Below are positions 11,900 through 25,834 of a stretch of DNA of 64,000 bases, one piece after another. Position 1 is the first letter of the stretch. The number at the start of each line of letters is the position of its first letter. Source of the DNA: Anthoceros angustus (lineage: Eukaryota > Plantae > Anthocerotophyta); assembly GCA_010909165.1 (NCBI GenBank), contig MU008189.1, positions 186,001 through 250,000 of the forward strand, read 5' to 3'. The notes under the pieces are model-generated. The model had not been told where the DNA came from and ran no database searches. It saw nothing but the letters and a program-made list of their open reading frames with translations. The position numbers and the translations under genes were made by a program.

Positions 11900-14750
11900 G
11901 CCATGACCAAGCCTACCATGACCAAGGGCAAGGAGGTAGTAGCTAAGGAAGGAGCGTCCACCAAGGGAGGTGGCGCAGGAGGCAAGAGGTCTAAGGCGGA
12001 GGATCGGACCGAGGGTGGAAATTTGACATGCCCTTATTTACGTGCTATGCAGGCCAGCTATCCTCTAGAGACCTTTCGACTTTCGACCTTGGGCAGCAGA
12101 GGAGAATATTCAGCTAGAGTGGGTGTATGGGCGACATTGGTCTACACCAACCTTGAATTGATAGAGAGTGTTTTGCTAATTTGCAGCAGACGGAAGAGGA
12201 ATTGGCCGCCTTACCGGATAGAAACGCACGGACGGATCCACGGTGTTGGACGTAAGGAGCATACGCTGTATATGGCGGATAGCGAGGATAGCGGAATCAC
12301 GTTGATGGAAGGAACGAGGAGGCAAGCGTGCATCAACGGCGGATCTTCCCAAGGGAGCCCTTACACTTATGCAAGGGGCATGAAGGCTAAGTCTAAGAAT
12401 GGTTGGCGACGGACCAAATCTTGGAGCCCAAGTGGAGATTGTTCACAAGAATTGTTTTGGGCTTGGTGAGCAATCCAAGGGTGTCATATTTCAGCACTAC
12501 CTTCCTCCATTTTCTATGGAAGATCACTCAAGGAGCGAAGCCGGATTGGGGCTCATCATGTATGAAGCATACACCTACCACCGGAAAAGTCAAACCCAAC
12601 GCCGGATGAAGATGCACCTGCTTATCTTAGCACTTATCTAGTGCATTTGTGGGAAGTAGAGGGCTACTCACAAGTAAGGAGTTGGATGATTCCAAGCATC
12701 CCTTTAACATTGTGTACTTACTGTGAGAGGGACAGGAGTGCTTGGTGCTTTGCTAAAGGAGGTGCCGCAGACCACCGGGACATTATTGCCGGAAGGAATC
12801 CTCCAAAGATAGGCCGAGGATGTGCGGGAGGACTTGCAAGGAGAAGTTGTAGGGGATTTGAAGTTTGGACCGCGGAGGATGCGGAGATGGAGATGGAAGG
12901 TAGGATAGATCCTACCATGGCGGTGAATCCCGCGAGGGTGGGAGGTGTTCCCACGGTTTGGGACCCCTTCGCCCTCTCATGACAAGGCCTCAGAGAATTA
13001 GTCCTACCACGGTAGGAAGTAGTCCTACTGGAGCACCTCCTACCACGGTAGGAGGGAAAGGAAGTCACGGTTTGGAAGCTCCCAAGAGGAGATAAGAAGG
13101 CAACCGGCCCTGCTAGGTGGGCGAGCGGATGGAGTCACGGTGGGAGGAGTTGCCCCACCAAGTGATGAGCGGGAGCTCATCATAGGGAAGCAAGGGATGT
13201 AAGATCCCATGAGCAAGGCAAAGGCCTTGAGTCTCCGGAGGTAAGAAAGGAGACTTAGACATGTTGGAGGAGATGCTGCATAGGGGAGATGTTCAAGAAG
13301 GTAGATGTAGGAGCCGCCAAGAGGAGAGTTGAATTCTTGAAGACGGAGAAGACAAGGACCTACCAAGCAAGGGAAATTGCGTAGGCGAGCGAAACCCAAG
13401 GTGAGGATGTTATGAGGATGGAAGCTCAAGTGGAGCACTTGGAAAAGAGTCTTGAAACAAGGCTACAGGAGGCAAACAATCATATTCGGAGAACAAGGCT
13501 CTTACCAAGCAATTGGCAGCTCGAGAGGAGAAGGTGGAGCAACTTGCTCACATGGTGCGCACATGGAAAAGAAGGCGAAGACAAGCAAGTGCTGCTAATG
13601 GAGGAAAGGTCAAGACGAGAGCAATCTCTGCAGAATGAGGGCAAAGACAAAGGCAAGTAGGCGCACATGAGCGGTCATAGCCACACAGCCGTGGAAGATT
13701 AGTGACATGGAAAAGGAGCTGGGAGAAACCACGAGGCTGGAATTGAAGGAAGAAGAGCTGGAAGAACGGACACATTTTGTCCAAAGATTGGAAATGGAAC
13801 GAGAAGTCCAAAGAACGGAGAGTGCACAACTCCCTAGGAGGATAGGGGAGTTGGAGGAAGAAATGGCAAAGGAGAAAGGCCGTCATGAGGCGGTGGTGCA
13901 GATATGTTGGCGGTGAGGGAGCGAGATTTCGGCCGATTATGCCCTACAAGAGAGATTGATCCGCCAACCGCAGTAATGAGAGGACGGAGAATGTGGCTCT
14001 CCATGTCAAGACCGGTGAGCTGGCCTTGAGCGAGATGCTTACAAAAGCAAGTGTGAGCATGGAGTATGGCTTGAGGATTACGAAGAATTGGAGATGGCAC
14101 AACAACGATTTGCAGCCCATCTTCACAACAAGGTGCTCAAGGCCACTAACGAGTTGTTGCGACTTGCGAGAGGAGGATGTTGGGACCTCATGACGATGAT
14201 AGGGAGGCCCTCATGCAAGTCCAACCGAAGCCTTAGACTTGGAGAGTGTCCCAAGCAGGGGTGAAGAAACTTCGCACTGTGGAGAAGCAAAAGCGGGGAA
14301 GCTGCATGTGGAGAGAATCACCCTGTGAAGGGGTAAGGAAGAAGAAACGACTGTAGGAACTCCTACTGGTAGGAGGAGTTCCTACCGTAGGAGGGACTCC
14401 TACCGTGGTAGGAGAAGGTCCTACCATGGTAGGAGGGCCGGAAGAAGCTGGATTCAAAGGTCGCTAGCATGGATTTGACGGCAAGGGAGGCGAGTACCTT
14501 GGCCCTTGCAGAAAGAAGGAAGAGGGGTTGATCTTGCAGAATGGAGCAAGAATCACAAGGAGAAGACCAACCTCCCAACATGGGTGCAGCAAGGAGCTCA
14601 CTTGCTCCACAAGTGAGAGGAAGAGGAGAAGTCGAGGATGAGCCGGCTAAGAGAGCCCGGCTATTTTATTGGAGGAAGGAACTCAAGATAGGCATCAAGA
14701 TAAGGAAGGGATTCATAAGAAGTCCTTAAATTAGCTTGAAGACATGGGGC
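11900..14750 (+). pseudogene. Frameshifted LTR-internal ORF, 5' LTR copy
   Basis: The same peptide blocks as 37860-40760 are spread over several + frames. Confidence 0.55.
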
Positions 14751-14998
14751 AAGATGCCACTTGGGAAGACTTTTCTTTAGAGGAGGACAGCATTAATGCT
14801 TGTCACCAAAGAGAGTGTGTTGACTAGCTAGATAGGAATGTTGACAGAGCCATTAAGGCTCACATAGGTGAATTTGCTAGAATAGAATTTTACCCAAGAT
14901 GCTTGGATGTCGAACTTAAAGTCCGACAATAGGATACACTAAAATAAGGAGTAAGGCTGGAGGGCGCGCTGTGGGGAGGCTGTATGTGAGGACCTCCC

Positions 14999-15005
14999 TA
15001 TAAAA
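14999..15005 (+). promoter_or_regulatory. Probable LTR promoter TATA box
   Basis: cctccc-TATAAAA-ggaggg, ~860 bp before the LTR end; conserved at 41042-41048. Confidence 0.55.
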
Positions 15006-15862
15006 GGAGGGAGCTTGTGAAGTAAAATTATCGTGTCTTGCGCCCATCCTCCCGAGTCCTTCACTTTGTGTGAATTTCGTGCCGCAAGCCAACGCAGGTC
15101 CGGTAGAGAGGAGAACGCGCGGTCGGAGTGCCGGGTGGAGGGCTTGCTCTTGCAGCGCCCGCTAGCCGCCTCCTTGTGAATGGTTGTGTGAATTGTTTTG
15201 CTTTGAGTGTGTGGCGATGCTCAAGGAACTCTCGGCTTGAGGGTAGACTGCAGGAAAGACTCGGAGGTTCTCGTCTGTGCAAACCACATAGCAACCGCCC
15301 AAGGAAGAACTCGCACTTCGACGGACCCTGTGCCAGCCGTAAGGGCGAGTTGGAATTAATGAGCCAGAATTGGTGTTAGAGTAGGAGATTGTGGAGGAAG
15401 GAAGGGGTAGATGAGTAGAGAAGAAGAGGGCGTTGTTGATTGAGAGAGTTGTGAGGTGAATTAGAGTGTAGGAAAACTAAGGCCACAGCCTAAGGGACGA
15501 ATCCCAACTGCAAGTAAGAGGGCGCCCCGTGTGGAGAAGAGTGTCTTAGGAGTAGGGACGGTTGCGGTGTGGGTCGGGGTCCCTGGCGCCCGTGATAGAC
15601 ACCTTGTTAAGACGAACTGCAATTGTGTGGTGTCGTTGTAGGTTGAGGTTTGGTGAGTTTACGGCAAGACGGCGCTGTAGAGGGAGCGTGAGAGGGCGCC
15701 TTGCTTGTTTAGAAGGCTGAGGTAGTGTGTAGCTGCAGGTAGTGACGGATTTCTCAAGATTCGACTGTTTCCCAAGTCTCATGGGACGAAACCCAACGTA
15801 CGAAACGACAGTGGGATAAGTGTGGCCGCTAGAGGGTGCATCTCGGGAGGCCTCCTCCCACA

Positions 15863-15882
15863 TTTTGGCGCTGCTGCGGGAC
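15863..15882 (+). promoter_or_regulatory. Primer-binding site, Athila-type (tRNA-Asp-like)
   Basis: ttttggcgctgctgcgggac directly after the LTR-terminal CA resembles TGGCGCCGTTGCCGGGGA. Confidence 0.75.
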
Positions 15883-16139
15883 TTGAAATGAAATTTTGAG
15901 ATTTTCGCTAGCTTGCAGATGAGCCGAGAGGATCTTGTAAGGAGGTGAGCGGGGTCTAGGAAGAGGCCTACACGTCCTGGAACCTGTGCGTTGTGAAGGA
16001 GGAGCTCCACGCCTCCGAATGGTGTGATTTTTGTGTTCCCGCAGCAAGAATGGCGATGGCGGTTGGCTGATTTTTCTTTAACAACCGTGTTTTGGAGGCT
16101 ATGAGGATGCTTGCAGATGACTAGCAGGGAGGGGAGAGG

Positions 16140-18755
16140 AGAAACCATAGGAGGTCACCCCACCACATCGCAAGAGATCTAAGAGCTGCAAGAAGAAATC
16201 AATGGAGGGAGGAAAACGCAGCGGTGGTTGCACGCGGCTCCGGAGGAGGAAGAGCTAAGGGCGCTTGAGGAGGAGGCTTTTTGCCCTTGCCTACAAGGGG
16301 AGCCAAGTGATCCAGAAAACGCTCGGAGAAGGGACGCCGAAATCACCGCAAGTAAAGGAGGTGGTTGAAGAGGAGTTGGTTTGTGAAGAGGAAAGCGAGG
16401 GGAAGCACCATCGAGCGCGATTCAAGTTCAGCTACCAGCACTGGGCCTCCTCAACGCTGGACCTTCAAGTGATGGGTCTAGCTCAACCTCTAGCGAAAAC
16501 AGTGAAGAAGGAAGGGTGAGCGGAGAAATTCAGCCGGTCTCGAGGATCTTGCGGAGCGCCTTGATAGAATCACTGCCCAGCTCACCATCTTGGGACGAAC
16601 GCCTAGGGGAGACGCCATCCCACAGCAGTGCCCAAATTTTTGTGCAGAACACCCTTTCTGCAGAGAACTTTGGTTGGATAACTTACCTGCAGCAAGAGGA
16701 GGGGGCGCAAGTACGTCGAGCTCATCTGGACTAGGGATCATGAGTGGAATCGGTGTAGGAGGGGGCTTGCCACAACCCCACAGTCGCCAGCAGTATGTCA
16801 AGTTTGGGGAAAAGAGGAAGGGCGACGACGCAGAGGCGTTTGTGCGCACTTTTGAGCATGTTTCTCATGCTAATCTGGAGGATACGGTCGCCGATCGACG
16901 CGATCTTCCGGGTTGCTGAGGGGCATGCCCAGGGGTACAATGAACTTACGGGCAAGTGCGCCTGAGATTGGGATTCTTTGAAGGCCGCTCAATCGATTTC
17001 GGGGTCTCGCCACGCCACCACACCGGCAAAATTGAGAACTCCGTAGGAAGAAGAGGGAGTCCTTGTTTGATTATGTTGAGAGGTTCTATGGCTACCTCGA
17101 TCGAGTGCCGGGCGCTCCGTGATGCCCGGAAATCCACCCACATCGTGATACTCACAAGAGCAAGCGTTGGACTGGTTTGTGAGTGGACTATCTCAAAGAT
17201 GGAGGTACATTGCGGGGACTAAGACATTGGCTGGAGCAATCCGATTAGCGGAGGAGTGGGAATCACGAGCTAGGAAGAAGGAGGAAAAAGAGAAGGAGTC
17301 ATAAGAAGAGGAAGGGGTCCAGGAGGTCTAGCTCTTCTTCTTCTTCTTCCTCTTCCAGCTCGTCCCCATCTTCTTCTTCTGCAAGTGAGGAGAGTGGTAC
17401 CCAGGAGAGCTCCACGTCGGATGAAGAATCCGAGAAAGCCTATGAACGACGTATGAGGAAGGACTTGGAGAAGGTTAAGAAGAGGCAGGAGGAAGCTGAA
17501 CGCGCTGGAGAAGGAGAGGAAAGGGAAGACGGTTCGACGGATGGAGAAGGGAGAGACGTCCACTGCAGGAGGAGGGATTGCAGGGCAAGTGGAGGCTTTG
17601 ACGAAAAGATTGACCGAATTGGAGGTCAAGGCTCTGAAAATCAAGCTCCACGGAGGTCACCTCACCGCAAGACATTGGTGTATTGCTCAATTTGTCATCA
17701 AACCGACACACCAACCGGGAATGTATCCGAGCACCGTGGCATGCTGTGAATCACGTGGAATCTGTCATGCCTGGTGATTATTGGTACGTGGATGAGGCTT
17801 ACCAAGTGCAGGCAGTCACTGGAAGTCGCCCGCCTCAATCGATGAGGGCGACTTACCAACCTGCAGCACCGGTTGCTGTGAGGTATGGGTCACGGCCTAC
17901 CTCACCGGGACCATGGAGACCGGAGCCGTCACAAAGGCCAATGGCAATTCCACCTGGGTGCTGTTACAATTGTGGGACACCTGGTCATTATTCGAATGAA
18001 TGCCCAGAACCTCGGAAACAAATGGGTTATGTACCTTTTTGTCAAGTATGCAAGGAGTTGGGGCACAAGGTTGGCGACCCAAGGTGTTCAGGAGTAGCAA
18101 GGGTAGCCTCAAGACGCCTGTGGTGAGGTTCACAGAGCCTGCAGCGGAAGGAACGCCGTCCAATCCCGAAACCGCAATCACGGTGACCACAACGCCGGTT
18201 TTGAAGGTGGAAGCGGAATTCGATTTTCTTGATGAATCCAGCGTGTATTCAGGGATTGTAGAAGAAGGGTATGAAGGAGAGATGAGTGCAGACGAAGGGC
18301 TGTTGGTGGCCAAAGTTACCACCAGATCTGAGCGCCGAGAGAAAGACCGAAAATCCGGAAAGCGTCGTGAACGAGAGGAACGGAAGAAAAGGAAGGTGAG
18401 GGACGACTCACCTTGGCCTCCAGAGACTCGTGGGGGTCGGAATTTGGTAGAGGAGGAGGAAAATGAAGAGGTCCATAAGACGCCTACCGTGGTAGGAGAT
18501 GCTCCTACCATGGTAGGAGGAACGCCTACGGTGGTAGGAGGCGAACCTACCATGGTAGGAGGGGAGGGGAGTGACCCACCCACAAGCGGAAGAGGGGGAG
18601 GAAGGGTGTTTCCCCCTGACATCAGTAAGGAAGTGGCAGAAATGTTGGAGGATGAGCTAAGGAGGCTCACCCAACATGCGAAGATGGAAGAAGAGGCGAG
18701 CTCGAAATTGACAACCACGATCATGGAGTCCCAAATCAAGGGACCAAGAGTGTGA
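16140..18755 (+). pseudogene. gag of the outer element (frameshifted)
   Basis: YVKFGEKRKGDDAEAFVRTFE; zinc knuckle CYNCGTPGHYSNEC at about 17960-18003. Confidence 0.75.
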
Positions 18756-19009
18756 GGAGTTTACCAATAAGGTCGGAGCCGACCAAAGATCGTGGCTGCA
18801 AACGGGAGGAAACATTGCCGACAAGATCTCCGGCCACGATGCATTGCTTGACCGAGAATTTGTGGTCACTTGAGACAATTGTTTATGTGAGTCCAAGATC
18901 CCGCAAAATTGTGAAGGAAGCGATTAGGGGATCCTCGAACCCATGGGGACGAAGGAGGCCGGTGGAGGTAAATGTGGTTGAACTTGTTGATTTGGGAGCG
19001 CCAGATTGA

Positions 19010-22000
19010 AATTGAGATTGCAGTGCTTGGTGCCTAATGTGCCATTAGATTCGGGTTCGAGTCAACTTGATGACGGAGGAGACAGCCATCGCCTTGGTTT
19101 CACCAAGTTTAACCCAATCCGAGTGTTCTTGAGGATGGCGATCAAACAAGGAGGAAACCTTTGGGGTGCCGAAATGTGCCAACCGTGATTGGTGGTCTCA
19201 CATTCCATCTTACCTACATTGTCATGAGGCCGGTCGATCTAGGCTACAAGGTTTTGATAGGCGTGCCTTGGTTGTATGGTACGCTTGTGTCTTTGATTTC
19301 GGCCGCAGGCATTACATTTAAGTCATGTAGGGTAGGGCCGAGGTCGCTTGTGTCATGGAGCAAGGCACCCTATGAAGGGGAGTCCGCGCTTCAATCCGAT
19401 GGGTACACCTCGGTAGTACGGGGTGAGCTCTTCTGGTGACCGAGCTACGAGGACCCCGCTTGAGGTGGCGCAATAAAATCGAGTTGGTGTACACCGCCAC
19501 AAGTAGATGGTGTCAGAGGAGGAGCCGAGGACGAGGCACATAGAGAAGGAGTAGCCTCGAAGGGTAGAGCCTATGATCGCGATTTCCGACGAAGGATCGT
19601 GAATAGTGTGTAGCAACCAAGGGACTTATGTAGATCCGACGCAGAGAGGACTTGGAGCTAGAACCCGAAGGTGGTCAAGATCTCCGCATCTAGGAGTGGT
19701 AGAAAAGAAGAATTTCAGAGGGTCCTTAGAGAATATGTCGATGTGTTTGCCTTCAAGATTATCGACATGACAGAATTCTAAGAATTGGGGATACACCGAA
19801 TCGATTTGAAGGAGGGCAGACTCGTAAGGATCAAGCAATACAGTGAATCCCAAGTATTCTATGGTCGCCAAGGATCACCGACCAATACTTGGAAGCCGGG
19901 TGATTTATCCGGCTTACCAAAGGAGTGGGTCGCCCCATTGTAATTGTACCTAAGAAGCAACAGGAAGGTACGGTGTGTCGTGATTTCGTGAAGCTTAATG
20001 AAGCAACGAAGAAGGACCACCACCTTGCCTTTCATGGCCGGGATACACTGGTCGGCCATGAAATGCAGCTTAGATGGGTACTCGGGTTACAATCGATTTT
20101 CTGAGGAGGGAGGACCAGACAAGACTACGCTCACAACCGATTGGGGCACTTACGCTTATTCCAAGCTACCTTCGCTTGTGCAACGCCTCCGCCACTTTTC
20201 AGGTGGTGAATGCTATCTTCCGAGATTTTCCGGAAGTTCATGGAGGTATTTCGGATGATTTTTGCGTGTTTGGCGGAGGAAGTCGCACCTAGACACCTAA
20301 GACAATGTTTTCGGCGGTGGAGTCCAACATGAAGCTTCATCCGTGGAAGTGTTATTTTGGCATGACGGAAGGTATTTTGTTGGCACATCGAGTTTCAAGA
20401 AGAGGATTGCGTAGATAAGGAGAAGGTGGCGATTATAGAGATGGACGACCCCAAACGGTGAGGCAGTGCCTTTGTAGGACCGGTAGGATATTACAGAGGT
20501 TCATCAAGGATTTTGCTAAGAAGGCAGCCTTGTCGACCCAATTGACCAAGAAGGATACACCTTTCGAATGGACGCACCCCAAACGGTGAGGCAGGCTTTT
20601 CAGCAAGGACAGCCCGTGAGCGCACCCACGCTACCCGCCGATTGGGAGAAACCGTTTCATGTATACGTGGATGTGTCCGCTTATGCCATTGGGACCATCT
20701 TAAGCCGAAGGACGAGAAGAAACGGACCATCCGATTTTCTATGCCAGATGACCACGGATGAGAAGAACTACTCAACCACAGAGCGAGAGGGTCTTGGTAT
20801 CATTTACTCGTAAGAAGTTTAGGCACTATCCGCTTGCTTGCAAAGTGACGCTTCATGTTGACCATTTTATGCTGAAGTACCTTGTGAACAAGCCGATTTG
20901 TCGTGAAGGATTGCCGTGGGTACTCGCTGCAAGAGTTTGATTATGACGAGAAACTAGGTTGTGGAAGCAAGATCGACGTCGATTTCATTTCTCGCCCGAA
21001 ACCGGAGAGCGACTTGAAGCCAGATGACCGATTTCGACGAGGAGTTGGTTGCCACGGCCGGGTCAAGGGGAGGACGTGAGCATGTTGTGGACGGCCTAAG
21101 GATTGATCAGCAAGCCTTGCCAGCAGAGAGGTCAAATGAGCAAGAAGGGGAGTGCAGTGAAAGGCCGCAGCAGGACAACTGGAACCGAGGGATAAAAGGG
21201 CGCCAGTATGGGCGCGAGGAGGAGGCTGGAATGCTCTCAAGGGTGAGCAGTCAGGAGGGCTGCAAGTGGAGGCCAGCCGTTGGCAAAAGAAAGAAGCGAA
21301 ACGGATATGGGAGCGTCGGTTTCAAGAAAGGCGCCCCACTTGGCGAGGTCGGGTTGTGCGCCATGGGGCCAGAGGAGAAGGCCCTAGGGAGGTAGGTGCG
21401 CCAGAGGGCGAGGAAGGAGATGCATCCCATGAAGTTTGAGCAAAACGGCAGGAGAGGAAAATGGCAGATTCATGGGAAATCACTCATGAGGTGGCCATGG
21501 GGGTGCAAACAGGCGAGGAGGTCGCCATGGGAGCACGAGCTGGACCTGGCCATGAGGCTAGACCAGCAGGAAGGGAAGAAATCCGAACGTTGTTGGAGGA
21601 GGAGCATGCAAACGGGCTGCAGGCTCAAAAACTTGCAGCATGGACAAAGCGGGGAGAAACTGGATTTGGGGATGGAACAACGCCGTCTGGGGCTGCTGGT
21701 GGGCGAGCTGGCAGGAGGCGACGAGGTATGCGTGGAAGGAGGAGATTAGAACGTGAGGGGCGTTCATGCCCAAGGTATCTGTTAAATGGTGAGGTAAAAT
21801 TTTCTAGAGCATGGAATCATGCCCGATGGTTTGTCTAGGAGGGCGAGCTGTTTTTCCACAAGACAGCCCCTTATTGCCTACGAGATGGGGTCTTGTACAA
21901 GCTTGGTCCGTATTTAAGATTCGCGATGTCCGGAAATTAGAGAAGTCGCTTTTGGTCACGTGTTTTACATGCGTAAGAGGCTGGTGGTCATTATTCACGC

Positions 22001-22105
22001 AAATCATCGTGGAAAAGGTCTTGGATGCAGGCTCGGTGGGCTACAATGCTCGGGGTCCAAATAAGTGGTATAGGCGCGAATACCTCAAGCCGCCCACACC
22101 TCCAA
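19010..22105 (+). pseudogene. pol of the outer element: protease, RT, RNase H and integrase zinc-binding N-terminus (degraded)
   Basis: PLDSGS and YKVLIGVPWL (AP); LDGYSGYN and DDF (RT); FHVYVDVSAYAIG and KVTLHVDHFMLKYLVNK (RH); AGGHYS..IIVEKVLDAG (INT). Confidence 0.8.
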
Positions 22106-22109
22106 AGAA

Positions 22110-24730
22110 CCTATGAAGAATTAAAACCGCCTGTGAAAGGTTCAGGGGCTTGACGAGGGATACGTGTTGTCCAAGCTTGAAAAGCCGCAGAGAGGAAAGA
22201 AGGAAACCTTGCAGCGATGTGGAGAGGTTTCACACCCACGCGATCAAGTGGCCTCACTGAGTTGCAGTGCAATACGGTGGTTCGCTAAAGGCCCGGGTTC
22301 TAAGATGGGGAGACACGAAGGTTACAAGCGGAGAAGAATTTGGGCAAGGCTATCAAGGCGGCGCTAAACTATGAGGAATCCAACCCGCAAGGGAGGAGGA
22401 AGGCTAAGAAGGAGAAGAAGAAGCCTGATCGAAAAAAGAAGGGATCCTCATCCTCCTAAGGAAGTTCATCGTGAAGAAAGCTCCACGTAAGATTCCACGT
22501 AAAGTTCCTGAGGAGGAAACGAGTGACAGCTGAGGAAGGCCATCGATGAGGAGCGCCAAATGGAAAAAGAAATGAAGGGTCGCACGGACAACAAGGAGTC
22601 GGGCAAGGGCAAAACAGAGGCGATGTACGCAAAGAAGGACGCGAATAAAGGAGGAGGGAGGCCGAGGTAGCACAAGAAAGTAGAACAACAGGGAACAAGA
22701 TGGAGGAGATGATGGCAAAATTCGAAATTCCATCTTAATGCGTCAAGGAACATGAGAGGCGGAGAGTCACGAACCCACGAGCCAACCTCTTCGCTCAACG
22801 TGCAGGACACTCCAAAGCTAATTGTCCGACGACAAGGGTACACCGGGATATGAGGAAGAGGAGGAAGAGGGTCCTGGAAGATACATACCGATCCGTGGAG
22901 GTTCACCAACCCAAGTGTACCCAAAAGACCATGTACCCGCCAACCCACGAATTCCACGGGTAGGCGTCAGAATCAAGGGTAACAATCCAATGGGCACCGC
23001 CTTGTGCTATAATTGTCGCAACCTTGACACTATGCATACCGCCCTTATCCAACTCCAAGGCAATGGAGATTTTGATAAACTATGTCAAGATTGTAGCAGG
23101 GCATTTGGTGAAGTGTGCTCGCCAAAGCCCCGTAAAGACGGTGAGGATCGCAGCCCACCCGAACGGGAGTTCACCAACCCAAGTCCGGTCCGCCATGCAT
23201 GTTGAGGACGCACTTATGGCGGTATGGGAGGATGCCGAGATTGGAACCCCGAGGAGCTTGGAGGGATTAGACGCAGAGGAAGCGATTATTATGGGGAAGC
23301 CTCCGCCATGGTCGTTAGAACAAGGAGCACAAAAGCAAAAGAGAGGCGACGGGGAAAAAGAAGAAAGGAGGCGGATACGACCACGGATCGATGAGGGAGA
23401 GAGTGTCGCCACCACTGGGCGGAAATACCAACACCGGAACGCTACAAAGATTTAGAAAAAACAAGTCCCGCAGTGACTTGGCGGATGGACCATATGTGCA
23501 AAAGAGTGATGCAATGAGACTTGAGTGTTCCAATGCGGAAAGGTGAATGAAGGGTCAGAGGTTGCCGAAGGGGTGGAACCCACCGATTTCAGAAAGTTAC
23601 CGAACCGAGTTAGGGTTTCCACCGACGACGGGCGAAGTCATGGATATGATACAAGAAGAATTGGCAAGGGAGGCTACGGGGAAAAGGCGGGGTGTCGATT
23701 TCCACCACCCTGTGGGAGTCCACCACCCCACCGAAGGGCCACCGCTTCAAGTCATGACGAACCGGGAACCCACACCAACCAAACTCGGATGGTAAGGTCA
23801 TGGCCACCGCTTCTTTCAATCTCGCCGAGGCCATCATGGACCAACATTTCATGATCACATTCGACAACTCCTCCGAGACAATCCGCGGTATAGGCAATGA
23901 TCGAGGGCGTTAAAAGAGGCGCAACCCAAAAGAGGCGCAATGTTCCTATACCCCCAAAGCCGCTGTGAACTTGGTATCCATGGTGGATCAAGGCCCACCA
24001 ACCTGTGGAAATTTCGGATGTGTCATCAAAGGAGTGCCTCTCGACACGGCCTGTGTAAATATTATGACAAGACACGGCTAGGAAATTGGGCTTGGATATT
24101 GAACATACTACCAAGGTTTTGAGGCTAGCCGACATGTCCGTAATGGTGCCGTGGGGAACCGACAGGGTGCTAACGACCATTGGAACCATCCCTACTTGAT
24201 GGATTATGTAGTCATCCAAAGAAAATCGCTGTGGCACGACGTCCTAATTGGCCGAACATGGATGTACGATCGCAATGCACGCCAAGTGGGGAAGGAAGTT
24301 GGTTTTAAACCGCTGGAATGGGATCCCAAGACCAAGGAGGGAAGGATGTGCCTATCGTGGAGTAAGGACATGTATGCGGTGAAACTCCAATCAAATGTAA
24401 GGGTACACTCGGCAGAGGACACGTCCGGGAGATGCAAGAGGAAGATAGGTTCCTGCTCGCACACATCTCATGGTCTCGATGAGGAGCGGACTACCGCAGA
24501 GATATCCCATATACAATTAACCCGAGGGTCGTTACGGGTAACCGCCGAATGCTCCGGAAGGGGTCCGGTGATTCAACAGCAGTGGAGAAAGCCGGAGGAG
24601 GCGCCACGCAGCTCACGCCGGAGGATTTGTTTAGGGAATGGGGCATGAGAGAAGAGGAACCGGAGCCGTAAGAAGGATTCGGGTTAGCACCGCACTGCTG
24701 GAGCGCGAGTGGGTACAGGCTGATGAAGTC
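22110..24730 (+). pseudogene. Second, related gag-protease segment without its own LTR
   Basis: LSKLEKPQRGKKETLQR, ALCYNCRN, a PLDT..VNIM-like protease site and MDYVVIQ...DVLIGRTWMY. Confidence 0.6.
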
Positions 24731-25318
24731 TGTCGTGGCACCAGACTTGTTTTACAAGAATATATATAGTAGCCTAGAGGTAGGCTGGCTATATATGTGA
24801 TTTTGGCCATTAGGAAATAGCTATTAATTAGCTTACCCCATATGAAGCTATTTAACTGACATTATCAGGATAGGTTATTAGGCCATTTAGGTCATTTCTA
24901 GAACCAGGGCTGCAAACCCGGCAGGTGGCTCGTGGGCTACATCATGAAGCCCGCTGCTGCAACGGCCAAAGGATCACGCGAGGTGGTGGCCTCATCACAC
25001 CGAGAGGGAGGTGCTTGCTCATGATGGCGGCCAAGACCTCAAGACTGGCGATGGCAGCTGCAACAACCAGTTGTCAAAGTCCGTGGAAAGGGAATGTTGC
25101 TGAGACTCACGCAAAACCGCGGTGTTGCTGGATTTCTGATTGGAATGCAAGGTTTTGGTGTGCATGTGGCTCAGAACGATTGCAATGTGTGTGGGTGCTG
25201 CGGCAGGTCACGGATTTACCAACTCCAGGCAGCCCGTGTAGGGCAGCCCTTTTGATTCGTATTTGCACCGAGGTGCGCCATAGCACACGTGAGCGCTGTT
25301 GGCTTGTCTACTTCGACA
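24731..25318 (+). repeat. Terminal repeat A1 of the DNMT element
   Basis: Near-identical to 35541-36106; bounded by TGTCG...CGACA. Confidence 0.88.
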
Positions 25319-25465
25319 ACTGCTTTCAATTGCTGGAGCTCACGTGTGAGGCGAGTGAGCTGGTGGAGGCGGTCGTGCAACTCTAGCAAGGCAGCATCCC
25401 CCACACGCCCTGATTGTGCAGCAGAAGCAGCTGCATTTCATCTGCAGCAAGCTGCCCAAGTCTTC

Positions 25466-25834
25466 CAGCGTTCATAGCGATCGCTCCACAGGTCGGTTGC
25501 CGTCGATTTGCATACCAGAGTGTTTGCCTTGTTGAGACGAATCTGTTGGTATCATTTTTGTCTACTTTTGAGTGCAATCCAGGGACTGAATGCCTTGGAG
25601 AGGTTGAGCACTTAGGGTTCAGGTGTGGAAATTGGCTATTTGCAGCCATCAGCGTTCATAGCGATCTCTCCACAAGTCGGTTTCCGCCGATTTGCATACC
25701 AAAGTGTTCGCCTTGTTGAGACAAATCTGTTGGTACCATTTTTGTCTACTTCCGAGTGCAATCCAAGGACTGAATGCCTTGGAAAGGTTGGGCACTTAGG
25801 GTTCAGTTGGGGAAATTGGCTATTTGCAGCCATC
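25466..25834. repeat. 2 x ~184-bp tandem repeat in the leader of the DNMT element
   Basis: cagcgttcatagcgatc...gctatttgcagccatca starts at 25466 and at 25650. Confidence 0.85.

Larger units (their letters stand above)
10635..15862 (+). repeat. 5' LTR (~5.2 kb)
   Basis: Starts tgtggaacgcaaaagtttggg and ends ctcccaca; colinear with 36551-41926. Confidence 0.92.

Noticed and set aside
24680-24730. Weak resemblance of the left flank to repeat B (a degenerate 5' B copy)
   Set aside because: Only scattered 5-10 nt matches; the flank reads plausibly as outer-element coding sequence (LEREWVQADEV).
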